Part shown: positions 29,162 through 38,472 of the stretch, piece by piece
Position numbering within the stretch: the stretch's first letter is position 1
Layout of the letters: each line of letters opens with the position of its first letter
Virus record (IMG/VR): IMGVR_UViG_3300005253_000632
Location: 1-57,978 of that record
Strand: one strand, 5' to 3'
DNA: 57,978 nt
Origin: a virus
Taxonomy: Duplodnaviria; Caudoviricetes
The notes under the pieces: model-generated
Databases searched by the model: none
What the model was told of the DNA's origin: nothing
The model's input: only the letters and a program-made list of their open reading frames with translations
Made by a program: the position numbers and the translations under genes

Positions 29162-29395
29162 CTACTCAGCATCGGGCATGTTACTTCTTCTCTTCATGTG
29201 TCCATCGTTATCCGGCACATTGAATATCGCCTGCTGAAACTTGACGGGCGGCGGCTCATCTTCGCGGACTATGCCAATTTCCGGAGGGGCCACGATGCAC
29301 AAGCGAACGCTCTGGCCGCGAATGCGCCCGATCGTAACGATGATATCGGGCCCGATTTTGATTGACTGTCCCGGCTCACGCGTGATTACGAGCAT
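29162..29395 (-). CDS. csrA: Carbon storage regulator CsrA homologue
   Basis: MLVITR..G.SI.IG.DI.VT......VRL.I.AP....I.R.E. Confidence 0.9.
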   Translation of the reverse strand: MLVITREPGQSIKIGPDIIVTIGRIRGQSVRLCIVAPPEIGIVREDEPPPVKFQQAIFNVPDNDGHMKRRSNMPDAE

Positions 29396-29667
29396 TAGTG
29401 GGGCTCCTCGGCCACGAACAGCCCGGCCGTGCGGGCCGCCTCTTCAAGCTGCTGGTCGTCTTTCAGCACGTGCCAGTTCGGTTTGTGCGTGACCAGAAAT
29501 TCGGCCATGTCCTCGCAGGCTTCGTCAACCAATTTCGGAAGTCCGGCCTTGTGACCTTCAAGCCCAGCCATTGCATTGCCTAGCTTGGCGAGCAAGTCCA
29601 GCGCCTGACTTCCGGGATCATCTAATGCGTCCCGACAATTCTGGCAAAGACTCATCACAGCCTCCAA
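29395..29667 (-). CDS. Hypothetical protein
   Basis: TAATG-coupled to csrA; CQNC. Confidence 0.6.
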   Translation of the reverse strand: MEAVMSLCQNCRDALDDPGSQALDLLAKLGNAMAGLEGHKAGLPKLVDEACEDMAEFLVTHKPNWHVLKDDQQLEEAARTAGLFVAEEPH

Positions 29668-29842
29668 TCAAAAGCCGACGCGCCGCAGGTACAGCAGAGA
29701 ACCCACGGCGCGCCGGGAAAGCGGCCCGCGAATGTGGTTAGGTCACGGTGCCCCTGGAGAGAGATAGGGGTCGCGATCTGTCGCAGGCCGTTGGCATTCA
29801 ATTGATGATATGACCTAACCACGCTGAAAGACTACAACACAA

Positions 29843-30172
29843 ATGACCCGCCGTCAACTGCAAAAACGAGCACGCGACATAATTGGTCTGCACTTGGCAA
29901 TGTGCGGGCTCAGTTGGAAATGCCTGCGAATCTTTGTACGCGAGGGATTGTCAACAGATCGTGGGGCGTGCTGGGCAGCCGTGCGGGTGCTGCGTGGCGC
30001 GACTTTCACCCTATACCTTGACTCAGAGCTATTGAACGGCGAAGGCCCGCCATTGGATTCGCTGATCGGGCACGAGGTTGGCCATATCGTACTAAATGGG
30101 TGCCAATTAAAATACGGGGCCGAGGAGCGGGCCTGCGACGTAATCGGTCGCATATTGGCCCGCACGAAATAG
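29843..30172 (+). CDS. Small zinc metallopeptidase-like protein (ImmA/IrrE-like)
   Basis: HEVGH followed by EERACD. Confidence 0.55.
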   Translation: MTRRQLQKRARDIIGLHLAMCGLSWKCLRIFVREGLSTDRGACWAAVRVLRGATFTLYLDSELLNGEGPPLDSLIGHEVGHIVLNGCQLKYGAEERACDVIGRILARTK

Positions 30173-30199
30173 GGACACTACATATTGGACGCCACTTGG

Positions 30200-30223
30200 C
30201 CTGCCACATCGGCAGGTTTTTTT
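30200..30223 (+). terminator. Intrinsic terminator
   Basis: CCTGCC-ACATC-GGCAGG-TTTTTTT. Confidence 0.8.
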
Positions 30224-30247
30224 GTGCGCATTCATCTTGAATAGTGC

Positions 30248-30275
30248 TTGACAATCAAGTGGGATGTGGTAGATT
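30248..30275 (+). promoter_or_regulatory. Early promoter TTGACA-16-TAGATT with TGTGG extension
   Basis: Follows terminator, precedes AAAGGAG and ATG 30295. Confidence 0.7.
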
Positions 30276-30294
30276 GAGGGAAAGGAGAAACCCA

Positions 30295-31587
30295 ATGAGC
30301 AACACGAATGGCAGGCGTATTACGCAATTGACGGCGGAGAACGTCAAGAGGATTCACGCCGTCAACATCACGCCGGACGGCGCAATCGTGCAAATCACCG
30401 GGCAAAACGGCGCGGGCAAATCCAGCGTGCTCGACAGTATCGCCTACTGCCTAGGCGGCAAGGACGAGATTCCATCGAGACCTATTCGCGAGGGCGCGGA
30501 CGAGGCCCGGGTGGTCATTGAGTTGGACGATCTTGTGGTCACGCGGCGGTGGAAGGGGGACAAGACCTACCTCACCGTCGAGTCCAAAGACGGGGCCAAG
30601 TTCCCTAGCCCGCAAGCGATGCTCGATAAGATGGTTGGGGATTTGTCGTTCGATCCGCTGGCCTTTAGCCGCATGTCGGCCAAGGATCAGGTGGCCACGC
30701 TCAAGAGCGTCGCCGGCCTGGACTTCAGCGAACTCGATCGCAAGCGACTGTACGCCTATGATGAGCGCACCATCGTGAACCGCAAGCTGAAAGACGCCAA
30801 CGGAGCGCTGGCCAACACGCCGGCAGTCGAAGCGCCGGCCGAGGCCGTGAGCATGGCCGAACTGATCGAGCAACAGAACACGGCCATCAAACAGGACGCG
30901 ACGAATAACAAGGTTCGAGCGGATCACAAGTTATGGAAGACAGAGGCCGACAGGCTTGCCAAGGCTCGCAAGCAGGCCGCAATCGCGCTCGCTGAACTCG
31001 ACGAGGATATCCGAGAAGCGCACGCCAGTTGTACCACACTAGATAAGCAGGTCGAATCGCTTCGCGACCCCGACCTCGACGCCATCGCAACTAAGATCGC
31101 AGGCGCGGAAGAGGCACAAGAGAAGGTCCGCGCCGCCGCGCAGCGCGCCGAACTCGTGGCCCAACGCGAACAGCACGGGGAGGCCTCTGACGCACTGACC
31201 AACAGGATTGACGGGATCGACCAGAAGAAACTCCAGATGGTTCGCGACGCGAACCTGCCGGTCGAGGGCCTGGGTTTCGACGAGGACGGCATTTCATTCA
31301 ACGGTCTGCCGTTTGATCAAGCCTCGTCTGCCGAGCAGCTTCGCGTGTCCGTTGCGATGGGCACGGCGTTGAATCCCAAGCTGCGCGTGATGCTGATCCG
31401 GGACGGCTCGCTGCTGGACAAGGACAGCCTCACAGTGCTGGAGGAGATGGCCGAGAAGAGCGACACTCAAGTGTGGCTTGAGCGCGTCAGCGACGGTGAG
31501 GACGTAGGGATTGTGATCGAGGATGGTTATGTGCGCGGGGCCGAAGTCGCGTCGGAGAATCCCGAAGCGGCCGCGAAAGCGAAATGA
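30295..31587 (+). CDS. SMC/SbcC-like coiled-coil ABC ATPase
   Basis: ENVKRI, GQNGAGKSS, long coiled coil, signature ASSAEQ, LIRDGSLLD. Confidence 0.9.
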   Translation: MSNTNGRRITQLTAENVKRIHAVNITPDGAIVQITGQNGAGKSSVLDSIAYCLGGKDEIPSRPIREGADEARVVIELDDLVVTRRWKGDKTYLTVESKDGAKFPSPQAMLDKMVGDLSFDPLAFSRMSAKDQVATLKSVAGLDFSELDRKRLYAYDERTIVNRKLKDANGALANTPAVEAPAEAVSMAELIEQQNTAIKQDATNNKVRADHKLWKTEADRLAKARKQAAIALAELDEDIREAHASCTTLDKQVESLRDPDLDAIATKIAGAEEAQEKVRAAAQRAELVAQREQHGEASDALTNRIDGIDQKKLQMVRDANLPVEGLGFDEDGISFNGLPFDQASSAEQLRVSVAMGTALNPKLRVMLIRDGSLLDKDSLTVLEEMAEKSDTQVWLERVSDGEDVGIVIEDGYVRGAEVASENPEAAAKAK

Positions 31588-31832
31588 AACAATCGCAAGC
31601 ACAGCAAATCCTCGAAGCCCTGAAACGTGGCGAAAGCATCACGGCGCTGGACGCTCTCAATTGGTTCGGTTGCTTCCGGCTCGCGGCGCGGGTTCACGAC
31701 TTGCGGCAGGCCGGACACCACATCAAAAGCGGAATCCGGGTGGGCAGCGGCAAGCCGGTGATGACCTATTACATGCACATAATGCTGAGAACGCCGCAGG
31801 TCCAAAGCGAGGTGCAGAATGTCCAAGGCTGA
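31584..31832 (+). CDS. Winged-helix DNA-binding protein
   Basis: IL..L..G.SIT.LDA...FG..RLAAR..DLR..G..I. Confidence 0.8.
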   Translation: MKQSQAQQILEALKRGESITALDALNWFGCFRLAARVHDLRQAGHHIKSGIRVGSGKPVMTYYMHIMLRTPQVQSEVQNVQG

Positions 31833-32010
31833 TCCAACCTGGGGCGGGGCTCGCGAAGGCGCGGGACGCAAGCCGACCTATCCCGAATCGTCGCGCAGCC
31901 AAGTGTTCTGCCTGCCCGAGCGCCTGATCGACAAGCTCGCGCGGCTGGCCAAGCGAGAGGGCGAAACTGTCAACCGGTATTTGGCGCAGACAATTGAGGG
32001 CCTGAAATGA
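31819..32010 (+). CDS. Ribbon-helix-helix-like regulator
   Basis: WGGAREGAGRKP followed by beta-helix-helix pattern. Confidence 0.7.
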   Translation: MSKADPTWGGAREGAGRKPTYPESSRSQVFCLPERLIDKLARLAKREGETVNRYLAQTIEGLK

Positions 32011-32273
32011 ATGCTGCGGACCGCATGAAAGCGTTAGGGGCCTCGCTAGAAGCAATGCTAGAGGCGGCGACGGATCACGTTCTAAACGAACGAAAGATGA
32101 GCGCAAATGATCTGCTAGAGCTGTCGAAGCGGCTGCGAACCGAGTCAGTCCAATACGCCCGCGACTCCGAAGAGCAGCTCGTTCTAATGTTGGCGGCGGC
32201 CGGCTCCTCAGTATTGCTCATGCGAATCTTCGCAGCGAGCGAACAAGAAAACAAGGGAGGACCGACACAATGA
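32007..32273 (+). CDS. Hypothetical protein
   Basis: ATGA coupling. Confidence 0.55.
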   Translation: MNAADRMKALGASLEAMLEAATDHVLNERKMSANDLLELSKRLRTESVQYARDSEEQLVLMLAAAGSSVLLMRIFAASEQENKGGPTQ

Positions 32274-32497
32274 ACGGGTTCCCAGTGCAAGTACTCCGGA
32301 ACATGGGTCTGCGGTGTGTCGCAATGCGATACTATTGGTGGTTCAAGCATTTCCTTGAAGTTGGCCCGCTGGAAAATGCCGCGTATTTCCTATTGCTGCT
32401 CCGGAATCGAGATAAGCAATTGCCGGAGCCGTGGCAGCATTTGCGTCGCCAGTACGCACGCAAACGAATCACTGTTGCCAAAGGAGAAACGCAATGA
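32270..32497 (+). CDS. Hypothetical protein
   Basis: GGAGG RBS, ATGA coupling. Confidence 0.55.
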   Translation: MNGFPVQVLRNMGLRCVAMRYYWWFKHFLEVGPLENAAYFLLLLRNRDKQLPEPWQHLRRQYARKRITVAKGETQ

Positions 32498-32751
32498 GCG
32501 ACACGAGTCTCAAATGGATACAGGGTGACGAACCGGCCGTGCCGGCCAAGTGCGGGTGCGAGTTGCGCGGGCTGGCCGTGGTGCTGTGCCCATTGCACGC
32601 CGCAGCCCCGGACCTGCTCGCGGCGTGTGAGGATGCCGACATTTGGTTCGATCAGAACATGGCCTGCGAAACCAGTGCATCGTTTCAACGATTGCGGCAC
32701 AAGTTCACCGCCGCCATCGCCAAAGCCAAAGGAGAAACCAATGCCTCCTGA
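32494..32751 (+). CDS. Hypothetical protein with APDLLAACE...AAIAKAKGE module
   Basis: AAGGAG RBS. Confidence 0.65.
   Translation: MSDTSLKWIQGDEPAVPAKCGCELRGLAVVLCPLHAAAPDLLAACEDADIWFDQNMACETSASFQRLRHKFTAAIAKAKGETNAS
32613..32714. repeat. 102 bp exact direct repeat, copy 1 (copy 2 at 38951-39052)
   Basis: Identical CCTGCTCGCGGCG...TTCACCGCCGC. Confidence 0.9.
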
Positions 32752-33595
32752 GAACAGCATCACAATCGGCGCCTCGGAGTCGCCCGCGTTGTTCGGCCAC
32801 GGCAGCCCGATGGCCTTGTACGTACGCAAGCTGAACGGCCCGCCGCAGCACGATGGCCCAACGCCCGAGTGGCTGGAATGGGGGCTCAGGAATCAGCCCG
32901 CGATCATTGAAAAATACCGGGACGAGCACCCATTGCTCCAGGTGCGCCCAAATCACGAGCAGACGTTTCATCCGACCTGTCGCTGTATGCACGCCACGCC
33001 GGACGGGCTGATCAACGGCCACGATCGCGGGCTTGGGGTCCTGGAGGTCAAGAATGTGGCCGCATGGTTCGCGTCCGATTGGGATGACGGCGTGCCTGAG
33101 CGATATGTGATCCAGGTACAGCATCAAATGGCCTGCACCGGCCACAGGTGGGGGGCCGTCGCCGTGCTGATCGGCGGGTCACAGTATCGAGAGGGCGAGA
33201 TCGAACGAGACGAGCACCTGATCGCAGAGATTCAGAGCCGCTGCTGCACGATGGTCAAGCGTGTCGAGGCCAAGGACCCGCCGCCCGCGGACGCGAGTAC
33301 CGACTGCGGCATGGCCTTGGCCCGGCTGTACCCGCTCGAATCGGAGGACGTGATCCAGCTTCCCGGCGAAGCGATAGACTTGACGGCTCGGCTGGACGAG
33401 CTGGCGGCGGCGAAGACGGCAGGCGAAGCCGAAACCGAGGGGCTCCGCAACAAGATTAAGGCCATGCTGGGCAACTCGATTGCCGGCATTTTGCCGGACG
33501 GCCGGGCCTGGCGCTGGAAAACCGTGGACCGCAAGGCGTACAGCGTGGACGCGGGCTCGTCCCGCCAACTGCGGCTGCTGAAAGGGCTAAAATGA
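32741..33595 (+). CDS. YqaJ-like viral recombinase exonuclease
   Basis: IGASE, WG...P.I, ATPDG, LEVK, Y..QVQHQM.CTG. Confidence 0.9.
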   Translation: MPPENSITIGASESPALFGHGSPMALYVRKLNGPPQHDGPTPEWLEWGLRNQPAIIEKYRDEHPLLQVRPNHEQTFHPTCRCMHATPDGLINGHDRGLGVLEVKNVAAWFASDWDDGVPERYVIQVQHQMACTGHRWGAVAVLIGGSQYREGEIERDEHLIAEIQSRCCTMVKRVEAKDPPPADASTDCGMALARLYPLESEDVIQLPGEAIDLTARLDELAAAKTAGEAETEGLRNKIKAMLGNSIAGILPDGRAWRWKTVDRKAYSVDAGSSRQLRLLKGLK

Positions 33596-33780
33596 GCGAC
33601 ACGAAACACACGCCGGACATTCTGCAAACTATCAATGCCGATCAGGCCGCTGCGCTTGACACCCTGTGTGCCTATCTCAGCGACAAAACGTGTAGCCAGT
33701 GCGGCAAGCCGTTTTCTGCTCGTGCCTGTGGCCCGACACACGCCGCCATCGCCATCGCCAAGGCCAAGGGGGCGGAGTAA
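33592..33780 (+). CDS. Small Cys protein ending AIAKAKG
   Basis: ATGA coupling; CSQCG. Confidence 0.55.
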   Translation: MSDTKHTPDILQTINADQAAALDTLCAYLSDKTCSQCGKPFSARACGPTHAAIAIAKAKGAE

Positions 33781-33955
33781 TGCAACTCGTTGCCCCGCTC
33801 ATTTTGTGGTTTGGCGAGCGCGAGTGGCTGATTCAGCAGCGCGTGATTCAGGCCGATATCTTCTGGCCTTCCAAGCGCCTACTCGGTGTCCAATGCCAAT
33901 TGAATCCTTTGCTGGGCTTCACTGACCGTTTTCTCTATTTGCGAGGTGAATCATA

Positions 33956-34759
33956 ATGACCACCCAACTGAGCACCACACAACAGCGCATGGGCGAATTC
34001 CGCAAGGCGTTGGAGCTCACTTATGGTGAGCAGATCAAAGCGTCACTGCCCTCGCCGCGCGACTTCAATCGCTTCTGCCAAGCCATGTTGACCTGCGCCG
34101 GCGTCAATCCCAAGCTGCTGGACACGACGCTGGAGAGCCGGATTGCCTGCGCAATCCAATGCGCACACCTGGGCCTGTTTCCCGACACGGTGATCGGCTA
34201 CGCATATTTGGTGCCGTTCTACAACAAGAGGAAGGGTGCGAGCGAATGCCACTTGATCCCCGGCTACAAAGGTCTAATGCAACTGGCCCGGCGCTCGGGC
34301 GAGATTAGCGTAATACAGGCACGCGCAGTCTACAGGGATGACGAGTTCAGGGTTGTGCTCGGCACGTCGGACCATCTGACCCACACGCCCGGCCCGAATT
34401 ATGACGGCGACGCGAGCCTGATTACTCATGTCTACGCTATCGCGGCCTACACATCCGGCGGAATGCAGTTTGAAACAATGACCCGCGAGCGGGTTGAGAC
34501 CTATCGAGCCCGAAGCCGGGCCGGCCAGTCCGGTCCGTGGGTGACAGATTGGCTGCCAATGGCCCTCAAGACCGTCATTAAGCGGCTGATCCCGTTTCTG
34601 CCGAGTGCGACGGCTGCCATTCATGCTGCCCAACTCGACGATATGGACGAGCGCGGCGTGCCACAAAACCTGCATGCGCATGGCGTTAATATCATTGACG
34701 CCGCAACCGAACCGCCCGACAATGGCGATCAGGCACCTGCGGATGGTGCCGATAACTGA
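33956..34759 (+). CDS. recT: RecT-family ssDNA annealing protein
   Basis: LGL.P...G.AYLVP, GYKGL.QLARRSG, GPW.TDW..MA.KTV.KR. Confidence 0.93.
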   Translation: MTTQLSTTQQRMGEFRKALELTYGEQIKASLPSPRDFNRFCQAMLTCAGVNPKLLDTTLESRIACAIQCAHLGLFPDTVIGYAYLVPFYNKRKGASECHLIPGYKGLMQLARRSGEISVIQARAVYRDDEFRVVLGTSDHLTHTPGPNYDGDASLITHVYAIAAYTSGGMQFETMTRERVETYRARSRAGQSGPWVTDWLPMALKTVIKRLIPFLPSATAAIHAAQLDDMDERGVPQNLHAHGVNIIDAATEPPDNGDQAPADGADN

Positions 34760-34782
34760 AACGCCATTTGCGAGGATTCGAC

Positions 34783-35067
34783 ATGGCAGCACGAACGAGA
34801 GTGATCTTGAACGATGCACAACGGAAAGAGGTCAAGAGCATGTGGGCGAAGGGCAAGGGCATGTCCAAGAAGGACCTGGCGACGAAGTTCACTGTCAGCA
34901 CGAGCACGATCGCCAACATTCTGGGGCCGGCTCCGGGCTCTATGAGCGGCAAGCGAAGGCGGGCAGCGGCGACTCCCGTAACCAAGCTGCACCCGATGAT
35001 CACGCTCTTCGACGAACACGGGAGGCTCTTTGTCCCGGCCAACAGGGTCGCGACCTATCTGGTTTGA
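34783..35067 (+). CDS. HTH-like protein
   Basis: SKKDLATKFTVSTSTIANIL. Confidence 0.65.
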   Translation: MAARTRVILNDAQRKEVKSMWAKGKGMSKKDLATKFTVSTSTIANILGPAPGSMSGKRRRAAATPVTKLHPMITLFDEHGRLFVPANRVATYLV

Positions 35068-35074
35068 CGGACAT

Positions 35075-35270
35075 TGTGCGTCGGCCGGCGGCGTGGCAGC
35101 GTCGGGTAAGAGTGTTGGAGTAGCAGCCAGGTGTGAAAACTCCAGCAGTGTGGCCGCGAACCTGAGGAACAGAGAGGGCCACGAAACGGGGCAACCCGTG
35201 CTCTCGCAAGAACTGTCAAGCGAACGAGAGTGTTGGTGCCGGGTGGGGAATCCGGCCCGGCTGACGCGCA
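35075..35270 (+). ncRNA. Putative structured RNA element E1 (tRNA-mimic-like family)
   Basis: 5' TGCGTCGGCCGG pairs with 3' CCGGCTGACGC; GGCGTGGC box; 3' GCCGGG-loop-TCCGGC hairpin. Confidence 0.6.
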
Positions 35271-35385
35271 TAAAACGAGCCGCAGTCCGTCACGTAGCTG
35301 CGGCCCGCCTATGGAAAACAAGCAACATGCACCCTAGCAACCTCATTGCTGCACGTCAAGGCCGAATCTCCGCGGGAGATCCCCG

Positions 35386-35580
35386 ATGAGCGACACTAAA
35401 CCGTGCCCTGAATGCAACGGGAAGATGATTCAATGGCCCACGGGCGTCGTGTTGTGCTGTTATCCTCCCAAAACGCCGTGGATATGGAAGTGCGGTTGCG
35501 GCCATACCGAAAAGGGTGGCAAGTGGGTAGGCCAAACGGACGAACAGAGCTTTCAGGACGAATGGAAGGCAAGGCAATGA
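35386..35580 (+). CDS. Zn-ribbon-like protein, paralogue of 57378..57584
   Basis: CPEC..KMIQW...W.W.CGCGH.EKGG. Confidence 0.7.
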   Translation: MSDTKPCPECNGKMIQWPTGVVLCCYPPKTPWIWKCGCGHTEKGGKWVGQTDEQSFQDEWKARQ

Positions 35581-35957
35581 GCGACACTGTTGGCCGGTTC
35601 GCCTGGCATTGCCACCACGATATGTTGCTCGAAATCCTGGTTGAGCCCCACGAAACACGTGTGGCACACATCACGGGCTGGAAGCGGGTGAGCGAGATTG
35701 CGACCCGCCTGCGGCTATTCGAGTTGGTTCAGGGTAAACTGCCGGATGAAGTAATTGCTGCTGGCAAGAACTACATCGCCGCGCGGGAGAACTGGGTCGT
35801 CATGCAGAAGAGAGGCAAGGCTGCGCTGGAGAGATACGTCGTTGCGCGGGAGAAGTGCGCCACCGCGATTGCCGGCCACGCCGACGAGATCAACGCCCTG
35901 CACGCTGCCGAGTGCCCGGACTGCCCGTGGAATGGTGTGACGATATTCCCTGAATGA
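35577..35957 (+). CDS. Hypothetical phage protein
   Basis: AWHCHH ... LH..ECPDCPWNG.TIF. Confidence 0.65.
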   Translation: MSDTVGRFAWHCHHDMLLEILVEPHETRVAHITGWKRVSEIATRLRLFELVQGKLPDEVIAAGKNYIAARENWVVMQKRGKAALERYVVAREKCATAIAGHADEINALHAAECPDCPWNGVTIFPE

Positions 35958-36038
35958 ATGACTCAAACGGCCGCAATGTGCGTAGATTTTACCTTGAAGT
36001 TTGCCAAAATGGCAGTCCGGGCGGCGGGTAGTTGGCGC

Positions 36039-36067
36039 TTGCACTTGGCGTGCGGTCCGACTACAAT
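36039..36067 (+). promoter_or_regulatory. Promoter TTGCAC-17-TACAAT
   Basis: Near-consensus hexamers in intergenic DNA. Confidence 0.55.
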
Positions 36068-36090
36068 GCCTGCGTTCGGGAAACCGTACA

Positions 36091-36140
36091 GCCGCCCTGC
36101 GTCGCCTTTCTAGCCATTGGATCTCGCGGGGCGGTTTTTT
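36091..36140 (+). terminator. Intrinsic terminator
   Basis: GCCGCCCTGCG ... CGCGGGGCGGT stem followed by T run. Confidence 0.7.
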
Positions 36141-36144
36141 GCGC

Positions 36145-36172
36145 TTGACGGGGGCAGCGGGCGCAGTAGGAT
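36145..36172 (+). promoter_or_regulatory. Promoter TTGACG-16-TAGGAT
   Basis: Immediately after the terminator, upstream of 36243. Confidence 0.55.
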
Positions 36173-36242
36173 ATGTGAATGATTCAATGGCGTTCATCAA
36201 ACCAATTCAACCCTACAGACAGCCAAATAGACTGGGGGCGAC

Positions 36243-37031
36243 ATGGCAGTGGCAACCGCAACCAATAAGAAGATGACCGAAGCCGACTACCGGGTGCGGC
36301 GCACACAGATCGACGAACAGGTCGAAGCCAAAGAAGAGCGCGTCAAGGCCTACGGCGATCAGGAGTTGGCAAAGTTGTTCTGGGCTTCCGGCTGGCTGCA
36401 AAAGGAGCTTGCGTCGCAGGAAGGCAAGTCAGAGCCGTGGGTGTGCTGTCGTCTGAGATTCGGATCGTTCCTAAACTGGCTCGAATCAGAGAAATTTACG
36501 GCGCGTAAATTTCAGCAAGTCGTATCCAAGAACCTGACTGAATTCCGCTTCCGCTCCTACTGGGAGCAGACCTCCGGTACCAAGGACACCGCCCGGTTTC
36601 GCAATGTGTGGAAGATGATGCAGGACGAAACGCAGTTGGTTCATCCCCGCGAAAAGACCCGCGACATCATCACCAAGAAATGCGACCCGCACGAGTGGTA
36701 CGCCGGGCAAGAGATACAAGAATTGACTGGCCTGACCGAGAAACAGGTCGCGAACGCAACCCAGCGAATGTATGACCTCGGGCTTTGCGAAACGAAACAA
36801 ACAGCGCACGGGCTTGCCTATCGCATTCGCAAAGGTGAAGGCCGCACCAAGATTGATACTGCCTGGCTCAAACAACTCCGCAAAGATGCGGACGCACTGA
36901 TCCGCAGTATCATCAAAAGCGCTACGGGCGACGAGGCGCGCTACAGCGCGACCGGCGTGGCCATCGACGCCGGGAAACTGAAAGACCTTATGAACGAACT
37001 CAAGGAACGAATCACGCCCAGCTCTGCATAG
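36243..37031 (+). CDS. Hypothetical protein with HTH-like segments
   Basis: GWLQKELASQEGKS..WV..RL; second EIQELTGLT...V segment. Confidence 0.7.
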   Translation: MAVATATNKKMTEADYRVRRTQIDEQVEAKEERVKAYGDQELAKLFWASGWLQKELASQEGKSEPWVCCRLRFGSFLNWLESEKFTARKFQQVVSKNLTEFRFRSYWEQTSGTKDTARFRNVWKMMQDETQLVHPREKTRDIITKKCDPHEWYAGQEIQELTGLTEKQVANATQRMYDLGLCETKQTAHGLAYRIRKGEGRTKIDTAWLKQLRKDADALIRSIIKSATGDEARYSATGVAIDAGKLKDLMNELKERITPSSA

Positions 37032-37085
37032 GCCGTTGTTGGCCAAACGCATCCGGGCAACCTCTGCGTTTTTAGGAGTTTTGTT

Positions 37086-37946
37086 ATGGAATTGGTGAAA
37101 TCAGAAACAGTGGACCTCACCCCACGGTTGGCTCAGGAGTTTGCGTCAATGGCGCCCTCTCCAACCGAGCGGGAGTCGAGTGCCAAGAGGAAGAAGTTTC
37201 TGGAGAAGGAACACATGAGCGGACGGTTCAAGGCCGTCCACTGGGTCAAGGCCCAACTGAACGGGACAATATACCGCATGAATGGCCAGCACTCGGCGGG
37301 TATGTTGGTCGATCTCGACGGCACATTTCCGCAAGGAGCCAAGGCGCACATCGACACCTACAGCGTCGAGACGCCCAGCGAGTTGGCTCTGCTGTTCCGA
37401 ACCTTCGACTCGCGAAACTCGGCGCGGTCGGCACTCGACGTGTCCGGCGCGTACCAAGGGCTGAGTGAAGTGGCCGATGTGGATCGTCGTCTCGCCAAAA
37501 TGGCGCTAACTGGCATCGCATGGTTCAGCAAGACCATCGACAAGCAAGCCTTGCCAAGCGGGGACGATCTGTTTGATCTGTTTAGCAATGCAGATTACAA
37601 GGAGTTCATTGTCTTCTATGGGCAGGTGTGTTCGCCGCGAACCAAGACGCAAGAGCTGCAAACGGCTCCGGTGGTCGCCGCGATGTACGGGACGTTCCTC
37701 AGGAACGAGGAGCAGGCACGGGTCTTCTGGCCGGCTGTGGCCTTGAACAACGCAGCCGATGACAGCGACCCGGCCCAACTCCTCAGCACCCAACTGGTCG
37801 AGGTCCGCGAGAGCCTTGACGTTCGCTGGGGGCCGAAGACATACTACGCGAAATGTATCAAGGCGTGGAATGCTTTTCTGGGAGGCAAGCAGATCAACAG
37901 TCTCAAGGTCAACACCAAGAAGGAGCTGATCGGGATTCTGGCCTAA
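37086..37946 (+). CDS. ParB/DGQHR-like domain protein
   Basis: LTP.LA...., MNGQHS, F..FD...SARS..D; AGGAG RBS. Confidence 0.55.
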   Translation: MELVKSETVDLTPRLAQEFASMAPSPTERESSAKRKKFLEKEHMSGRFKAVHWVKAQLNGTIYRMNGQHSAGMLVDLDGTFPQGAKAHIDTYSVETPSELALLFRTFDSRNSARSALDVSGAYQGLSEVADVDRRLAKMALTGIAWFSKTIDKQALPSGDDLFDLFSNADYKEFIVFYGQVCSPRTKTQELQTAPVVAAMYGTFLRNEEQARVFWPAVALNNAADDSDPAQLLSTQLVEVRESLDVRWGPKTYYAKCIKAWNAFLGGKQINSLKVNTKKELIGILA

Positions 37947-37994
37947 ACCGCTCGCCGATGCGCCCTGCGGGGCGTATCCGCCAGGAGTTTAGAC

Positions 37995-38144
37995 GTGAGC
38001 GAGACCTGCAAATTCCCCCAATGCCGCAGCCGAGAGATCGAGCTGATCTATCTCGGCAAGCCTTTATGCTTGAAGCATTGGCGAATGTTGTGCCGCAAGT
38101 ACGATGAGCCGCAGGACATCAAGAAGGTGCTGAAGATCCAATGA
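37995..38144 (+). CDS. Small Cys/His protein (not in ORF track)
   Basis: AGGAG RBS, GTG; CKFPQC...LCLKH. Confidence 0.55.
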   Translation: MSETCKFPQCRSREIELIYLGKPLCLKHWRMLCRKYDEPQDIKKVLKIQ

Positions 38145-38334
38145 GTGTCAGCCAATCCCGCCGCGAAGATTCGCAGATTTCTGCCAGCCGGCGGCGGGCA
38201 CAACATGCGGTGTCCGGCTGGCGACGGCCGCCAAGGTCTAGTACGTCTGCCATGTGGGACTAGCCTAGTCCTATTTGTGAGTAAAAACGCCAGCACGGTA
38301 TGTTCTTGACATGTTTTGTGGTGCCGTATAATAG

Positions 38335-38472
38335 CCCAATAACCCAATGGCTTTCCCAATACCCAATCCGAAACCTGTCCATAGGACACCCAATAACCAA
38401 TACCCAATGGCCAATAAGCCCAATACCCAAGTCAGCAATCCGAGCCGCGACGGTAGCCGATTGGGTATTGGG
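38335..38472. repeat. Cluster of (C)CCAAT(A) short repeats with an inverted pair ATTGGGTATTGGG
   Basis: About eight CCAAT units within 100 bp, downstream of TTGACA-15-TATAAT. Confidence 0.75.
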
